Shown: one piece after another, positions 59,426 through 64,000 of the stretch
Position numbering within the stretch: position 1 is the stretch's first letter
How the letters are laid out: each line of letters opens with the position of its first letter
Assembly (NCBI GenBank): GCA_034927185.1
Contig: JAYFQM010000032.1
Coordinates: 15,436-79,435 of the forward strand
Length of the DNA: 64,000 bases
Direction: 5' to 3'
DNA from: Oscillospiraceae bacterium
GTDB taxonomy: Bacteria; Bacillota; Clostridia; Oscillospirales; Oscillospiraceae
The notes under the pieces: generated by a model
What the model was told of the DNA's origin: nothing
Seen by the model: the letters and a program-made list of their open reading frames with translations, nothing else
Database searches by the model: none
Program-made: the position numbers and the translations under genes

Positions 59426-59908
59426 ATGGATTCTCAGTATAGCGAGTACATAAGCTTTTTAACAAAATACAGGGATGAGCTGTCCTCTTATCTTGAGAGT
59501 GAAGGCGAAAAACGCAGATCTCTGCTTAGCGGAGACCTCGAAAGGCTTGAGAAAATGCTTAATGTTCAGCAGGCGCAGGCCATGAAGTTCCGGACCATGG
59601 AAACCAAAAGAGCCGCGCTTCAGTCAAAGCTGGGACTGACAGGCGGGAAAGCTGCTGAGCTTCTTGAGAAGATCGGGGATACGGATGACAAAAAGAGTAT
59701 CCAAGCACTTTTTTCGGAAATGAACGATATTGCGGTTTCGATTCGTGAGCAGAACAGGCAGTCTCTCGGCTTGGCGGAATCAAAGCTCAAGATTTACGAT
59801 TCAATCAATCTTGGCGGAGACACAGACTCGCCGAATAAACTCTATGGACCGGAAAACAACCGCCGGACGGCATTTTCTGCGGGAGATGCGTTTGAAGAGA
59901 CAATATAG
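59426..59908 (+). CDS. flgN: FlgN-family flagellar export chaperone
   Basis: 160-aa helical protein between flgM and flgK. LLSGDLERLEKMLNVQQAQAMKFRTMETKR is typical of FlgN. Confidence 0.65.
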   Translation: MDSQYSEYISFLTKYRDELSSYLESEGEKRRSLLSGDLERLEKMLNVQQAQAMKFRTMETKRAALQSKLGLTGGKAAELLEKIGDTDDKKSIQALFSEMNDIAVSIREQNRQSLGLAESKLKIYDSINLGGDTDSPNKLYGPENNRRTAFSAGDAFEETI

Positions 59909-59914
59909 GAGGGC

Positions 59915-61438
59915 TTGCAGTTGAGATCAACTTTCATAGGAATGGAGACGGCCAGATCCGCTATTGTCGTAAACCAGATAGCACAGGATGTTGTCGCAAA
60001 TAATATAGCAAACCTCAACACGGAAGGATACACGAGGCAGCGCGTTGAGAGAGCCGCAACCGCCGTTTCCACTTACTCCAACCGCGTTCGAGCAAGCTTT
60101 TCATCAGGTAACGGTACAGGCGTTACCGCGCTTGGAGTTTCTCAGGTCAGAGACTCGTTTCTGGATAAATGCTTCAGAGACGAAAACTCCGTAAGCAGTT
60201 GTTACTCGCAGACTGCGGACATCCTTAACGACATACTCAGCGTTTTTCCGGACGGGGCGGACATAACCAATGATTCCGGTCTTATCGGAGGACTCGAATC
60301 GTTATATACAAACCTCAATACGTTTATTCAGTCGCCCACTTCGCAGTCCGAGGCGAACCTGGTAAAATCATCTTTTACTAATTTGGCCCAGATTCTGAAC
60401 CAGCTTGACAGCGGACTCACAACGGTTTTCAAACGCCAGAGTGAAGACTTGCAGACAACGGTCGACAGGACTAACGACCTGATGGAGCAAATCGCAAGCC
60501 TGAATAAAAACATCGCAGCGGACGCGACCATTATGGCTAACACGGGAAGCAAGTACAGCCAGCCAAACGAGCTTCTCGACGAAAGAAACACTCTTTTGGA
60601 CGAGCTGTCGAATTACGGAGACATTAATGTCACTGAGAACTCCGACGGCACCGTAAGCGTTGAGATGGGCGGCAAGCTTGTTGTGGACAAGGGAGAATAT
60701 GACTCCTTGTCGATGACGGTAGACAAAAACAATTATGTTAATGTTTCCTGGAGGACATCCGGTGACAGCGTTTCACTCTCGTCCGGTTCGATTAGGGCCT
60801 ATGTGGACGTTATAAACGGAAGAGGCAGCAATGTCCAGAACAATAAAGAGACCTCTGTGCAGGGGATCCCTTATTACCGCGACAGGATTAATCAGTTCGC
60901 CAGCGCTCTGGCGGACGTTGCCAACTCCACTATTCCGGATTCGGTGGACTCCTCGGGGAACGTCATATCCTATAAGACCCTGCTCGGCGGATACGATTCC
61001 AACGGCAACGCGGTGAAAACCATAACCGCTGGCAATATCTCCGTAAGTAAAGAATGGACAGATGAAGGAGCGGCCTACATCATTTACAGTGACAGCGAGA
61101 ATGTCGAAGACTATGCTCAGCTCCTCTCAAACAAAATATTTGAAGACAGCTACACGTTTAGTTCCTACGGAGAAACATATACGGGCACTTTTTCAAACTA
61201 CACGATTGACATGCTCGGAAAGATCGGTACAGATGTGAGCTTTAATGAGGGTAGGAGCGAGGCAACCGCCACTATTGCGAATGACTATCTTTCAAGCAGG
61301 GACTCGATTTCAGGAGTTCAGCAGGATGAAGAAACGGCAAATATGCTGATATATCAGAGAAGCTATCAGGCAGCCTCACGTCTTATGACAGTTATGAACG
61401 ATATGCTGGATACGCTGATTAACGATACGTACCGCTGA
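59915..61438 (+). CDS. flgK: flagellar hook-associated protein 1 (FlgK)
   Basis: N-terminus RSTFIGMETARSAI..NQIAQDVVANNIANLNTEGYTRQR, C-terminus SGVQQDEETANMLIYQRSYQAASRLM. The second TTG at 59921 is the likelier start. Confidence 0.92.
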   Translation: MQLRSTFIGMETARSAIVVNQIAQDVVANNIANLNTEGYTRQRVERAATAVSTYSNRVRASFSSGNGTGVTALGVSQVRDSFLDKCFRDENSVSSCYSQTADILNDILSVFPDGADITNDSGLIGGLESLYTNLNTFIQSPTSQSEANLVKSSFTNLAQILNQLDSGLTTVFKRQSEDLQTTVDRTNDLMEQIASLNKNIAADATIMANTGSKYSQPNELLDERNTLLDELSNYGDINVTENSDGTVSVEMGGKLVVDKGEYDSLSMTVDKNNYVNVSWRTSGDSVSLSSGSIRAYVDVINGRGSNVQNNKETSVQGIPYYRDRINQFASALADVANSTIPDSVDSSGNVISYKTLLGGYDSNGNAVKTITAGNISVSKEWTDEGAAYIIYSDSENVEDYAQLLSNKIFEDSYTFSSYGETYTGTFSNYTIDMLGKIGTDVSFNEGRSEATATIANDYLSSRDSISGVQQDEETANMLIYQRSYQAASRLMTVMNDMLDTLINDTYR

Positions 61439-61465
61439 TCCTGTAAGCGGAAGGAGCGATTTTAA

Positions 61466-62482
61466 ATGAGAATTTCAGACAGACAGACAACGCGTAATTT
61501 TTTAAGCTATGTGGATAAAGCAAAGACGGCTTATGCAGAAACGAATGAGCGCGTAGCATCCGGGAATAGGTTTACGCGCATATCAGACGATGTGTCCGCC
61601 GCAACGAAAGCTCTCAGGGTAAGAACCGATCAGTTCAAGGCAGAAGAGCACTATGGCAACGTGTGTGCGGTCACAGAGCAGCTCACATCGACGGAGGATG
61701 CCTTGACCTCAATTAACGAAATACTGATAAAAGTGCATACGAAAGTGCTCAGCGCCTTGAACGGAACGAGCGGTGAATCGGGACAGGAGACGCTGGCCGG
61801 CGAGATCGAAAACCTGCGCGACGAGCTCCTCCAATATGCGAACACAACATACAATGATGCTTTTGTTCTTGGCGGTACCGGCTCGAAGACCGCGCCATTT
61901 TCCGAGGATGCTTCCGGAAATCTTCTATATAACGGCATAGACGTAAATTTGATCGAAAAAGACGCCGACGGATATTACTACATGGACGGGGCAACCAGAA
62001 AGAACATTCCTATGGACGGCGATACATATGTCGACGTCGGGCTTGGAATATCCATGACAGGCACCAACGTCAAATCTGACTCAGCAATTAAAACGTCATA
62101 TTCCGGACTTGACATACTCGGCTTCGGCAAGGATGCCGACGGCAGCACAAACAATATTTTCAATATTTTGACACAGATAGCTGAGAACCTGAAGGATTAC
62201 GACAAGGATACTGTCGGCTCATATGACGATAAGCTTGTTTCCTTTAAAGACACTTTTACAGGCTATCTTACGGATGTCGGAGCAAAAACAAGCTATCTTG
62301 ACGCGATAAAAAGCAGGCTTGACACGAGTATTGACACGTATCAAAGTCAGATCAGCCGGCTTGTCGGAGTCGATGACGCCGAGGAGGCGACAAATCAAAG
62401 CATGAATGACTACGTTCTGAAAGCGGTTCTTTCTATGGGCGCCGATATTATCCCGGTCTCGCTGATGGATTTTCTGAATTAA
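61466..62482 (+). CDS. flgL: flagellar hook-associated protein 3 (FlgL)
   Basis: MRISDRQT...VASGNRFTRISDDVSAATKAL flagellin-N-like start and a flagellin-C-like end. Confidence 0.88.
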   Translation: MRISDRQTTRNFLSYVDKAKTAYAETNERVASGNRFTRISDDVSAATKALRVRTDQFKAEEHYGNVCAVTEQLTSTEDALTSINEILIKVHTKVLSALNGTSGESGQETLAGEIENLRDELLQYANTTYNDAFVLGGTGSKTAPFSEDASGNLLYNGIDVNLIEKDADGYYYMDGATRKNIPMDGDTYVDVGLGISMTGTNVKSDSAIKTSYSGLDILGFGKDADGSTNNIFNILTQIAENLKDYDKDTVGSYDDKLVSFKDTFTGYLTDVGAKTSYLDAIKSRLDTSIDTYQSQISRLVGVDDAEEATNQSMNDYVLKAVLSMGADIIPVSLMDFLN

Positions 62483-62516
62483 TGCTGTTGCAGTATTGCC
62501 GAAAGGAGGGATAAAA

Positions 62517-63113
62517 GTGCAGTTGCTGAAGATAACAACAACGCCGATGAAGTATGAGTTCGAAGTCGAGAATCCCAAATTGAAATATCAGCAGGACCTT
62601 ATTCCTTCAGGCGATATTTCAACCACCGATTCACAACTCAGCATCGACACGAAAAATGCCGAAATAAAAATTGATACATACCAGGCTAGAAAATCGCTTG
62701 GCCTTTTAAATATTGATGACAGCATCAGGCAGTACTCTGAAAAAGGCAAGGAGCACATTACAAAGCTGATTCAGGAATATGTGCAAATTGGCAAACAGCT
62801 TGGAGATATACAGGACGGCGTCGATATTGGCGATGTGATCAGGCAGAAAATTATTGAAACACCAATCCTTTATACCACTACTTTGCCAAGTGCGGAAGCG
62901 GACATTTCATGCGAACCCGCAGAAGCTGACATTAGCTTTCAGCCGGGGGATGTCAGCGTGGATTGGCAGATAAAGGATACCTCATATGTCTTCCAGCCGG
63001 GAAGCTTCCATATGAAAATAGTAGAATATCCAAAAATCGATATTGAATATCTTGGTGGTCCGATGTATGTGCCTCCGAGCGCGAACCCAAACTATAATGA
63101 AACGGCGGAATAA
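62517..63113 (+). CDS. hypothetical protein in the YviE position (between flgL and fliW)
   Basis: AAGGAGGG lies 6 nt before the GTG at 62517 (VQLLKITTTPMKYEFE...). Same position and similar size as B. subtilis yviE. No function known. Confidence 0.55.
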   Translation: MQLLKITTTPMKYEFEVENPKLKYQQDLIPSGDISTTDSQLSIDTKNAEIKIDTYQARKSLGLLNIDDSIRQYSEKGKEHITKLIQEYVQIGKQLGDIQDGVDIGDVIRQKIIETPILYTTTLPSAEADISCEPAEADISFQPGDVSVDWQIKDTSYVFQPGSFHMKIVEYPKIDIEYLGGPMYVPPSANPNYNETAE

Positions 63114-63157
63114 TGAGAAGACGGCGTAGCTGTCGTGTCAAAAGCAGGGTGATTTAA

Positions 63158-63592
63158 ATGATCATAGAAACAAGAGATTTCGGCAAGACGGAAGTATCTG
63201 AGGAAAACATTTATCATTTCACGCAGCCTCTGTTCGGGTTTGAGGATTACACCGATTTTGCCGTCCTTAACGACAGAGAACTTGGAGAAGACATAGTCTG
63301 GCTGCAATCGCTGCAGAATTCCGGCCTTTGCTTCATTATGATGGACCCGGGAAAGCTGGCTCCGGATTATTCTCCGGTTCTGCCTGCTGGCTCGGATGAG
63401 CTTCTGGGCGAGGGGGACTTGTTTTGCTGGGCCGTCGCGGTCATACCGCGCAATTTCAAGGATTCGACGGTTAACCTGAAAAGCCCAGTGTTCCTGAATC
63501 CGGCTAATCATCTTGCGGCTCAGATAATGCTTGAAGGCGAGTACCCCGTTCGCTATCCTCTGTCGAAGGAGGGGCAAAGCTCATGCTTGTAA
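63158..63592 (+). CDS. fliW: flagellar assembly factor FliW
   Basis: IETRDFGKTEVSEENIYHFTQPLFGFEDYTDFAVL and FCWAVAVIP are typical of FliW. Overlaps csrA. Confidence 0.92.
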   Translation: MIIETRDFGKTEVSEENIYHFTQPLFGFEDYTDFAVLNDRELGEDIVWLQSLQNSGLCFIMMDPGKLAPDYSPVLPAGSDELLGEGDLFCWAVAVIPRNFKDSTVNLKSPVFLNPANHLAAQIMLEGEYPVRYPLSKEGQSSCL

Positions 63593-63828
63593 TATCCCGA
63601 AAACAAGATGAATCGATTATTATCGAACCGCGGCAGGGCGAACCGATCGAAATCAAGATTATCTCGATAGACAACCAGGTGAGAATCGGGATTAAAGCGC
63701 CGAACGACTGCAAGATTTGGCGCAATGAGCTTTATAAAACGGTTGAGCTGAATAGAAGCGCCGCAGAGGTTTCTTCCGTGAGCAATTTGAGGAACTTCAT
63801 TGCAAATAATGATAAGGTGAATGACTGA
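63583..63828 (+). CDS. csrA: carbon storage regulator CsrA (flagellin translation regulator)
   Basis: MLVISRKQDESIII...IKIISIDNQVRIGIKAPNDCKIWRNELY. Confidence 0.93.
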   Translation: MLVISRKQDESIIIEPRQGEPIEIKIISIDNQVRIGIKAPNDCKIWRNELYKTVELNRSAAEVSSVSNLRNFIANNDKVND

Positions 63829-63832
63829 TATA

Positions 63833-64000
63833 ATGAGTACACCAGATGTTTTAGACCTTCTTGTCGAACAGAAGGATATCATTTCCGAGGCAGAGGAAGT
63901 CACCAACCGGATGCTGGATGCGCCGGCCGAGGAGCTGCCCGAGCTTATCGCTCTGAGAGGCAGGCTGCTTGAAAAGGCAGTTGAAGCCGAAGAGAGAATT
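63833..64000 (+). CDS. hypothetical helical protein, 5' part only (runs off window end)
   Basis: The ATG at 63833 opens MSTPDVLDLLVEQKDIISEAEEVTNRMLDAPAEELPELIALRGRLLEKAVEAEERI... Its position after csrA suggests a flagellar chaperone-like protein. Not identifiable from 56 aa. Confidence 0.35.
   Translation, partial: MSTPDVLDLLVEQKDIISEAEEVTNRMLDAPAEELPELIALRGRLLEKAVEAEERI

Overview
This 64-kb chromosomal segment reads like a motile Firmicutes (Clostridia-type) genome; the taxon is inferred only from gene content, RBS style and operon organisation. I saw no rRNA, tRNA, CRISPR array, transposase, integrase or recognisable defence system.

Left ~38 kb (housekeeping and carbohydrate genes):
- An OmpR-type two-component pair (the kinase runs off the window start).
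- A c-di-GMP-I (GEMM) riboswitch with its own terminator and no downstream gene.
- An MFS exporter and a secernin-like C69 peptidase.
- nagA-nagB-ptsI, divergent from a complete mannose-family PTS locus: HAD phosphatase, IIB, IIC, IID, a SIS protein, IIA, an unknown membrane/helical-repeat protein, HPr and RpiR.
- A flavoprotein and [2Fe-2S] protein pair.
- A decayed region with a nonsense-riddled phosphotransferase pseudogene.
- A mannose/lyxose isomerase and a PfkB kinase.
- A glycine-cleavage operon (gcvT-H-PA-PB-lpdA-lplA) behind a tandem glycine riboswitch.
- A LysM/Gly-Pro-Arg-repeat protein paired with a Gly-Phe-Arg-tailed protein.
- An SLH-anchored GH18 hydrolase.
- A lacZ / alpha-galactosidase / galK / galT operon.

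Right ~26 kb (motility, chemotaxis and c-di-GMP):
- Two MCPs and an SLT transglycosylase.
- A GGDEF / degenerate-EAL / HDOD protein, followed by an EAL-HDOD paralog that carries an in-frame TAA.
- An HD-GYP protein and cheA-cheW-cheR-cheB.
- A FliK-like protein with an FlhB-C-terminal-only protein, and a VanY-like peptidase.
- A third EAL-like-HDOD protein with a PilZ protein.
- A ParA-like ATPase with a ComFB-domain protein, divergent from flgM-flgN-flgK-flgL-yviE-like-fliW-csrA.

Most interesting candidates:
1. The ParA-like/ComFB two-gene unit wedged between c-di-GMP effectors and the late flagellar operon.
2. The orphan GEMM riboswitch.
3. The graded catalytic degeneracy of the three EAL-HDOD paralogs, plus the in-frame stop in the only intact one.

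All calls come from reading the translations and sequence by eye. No database search was run.
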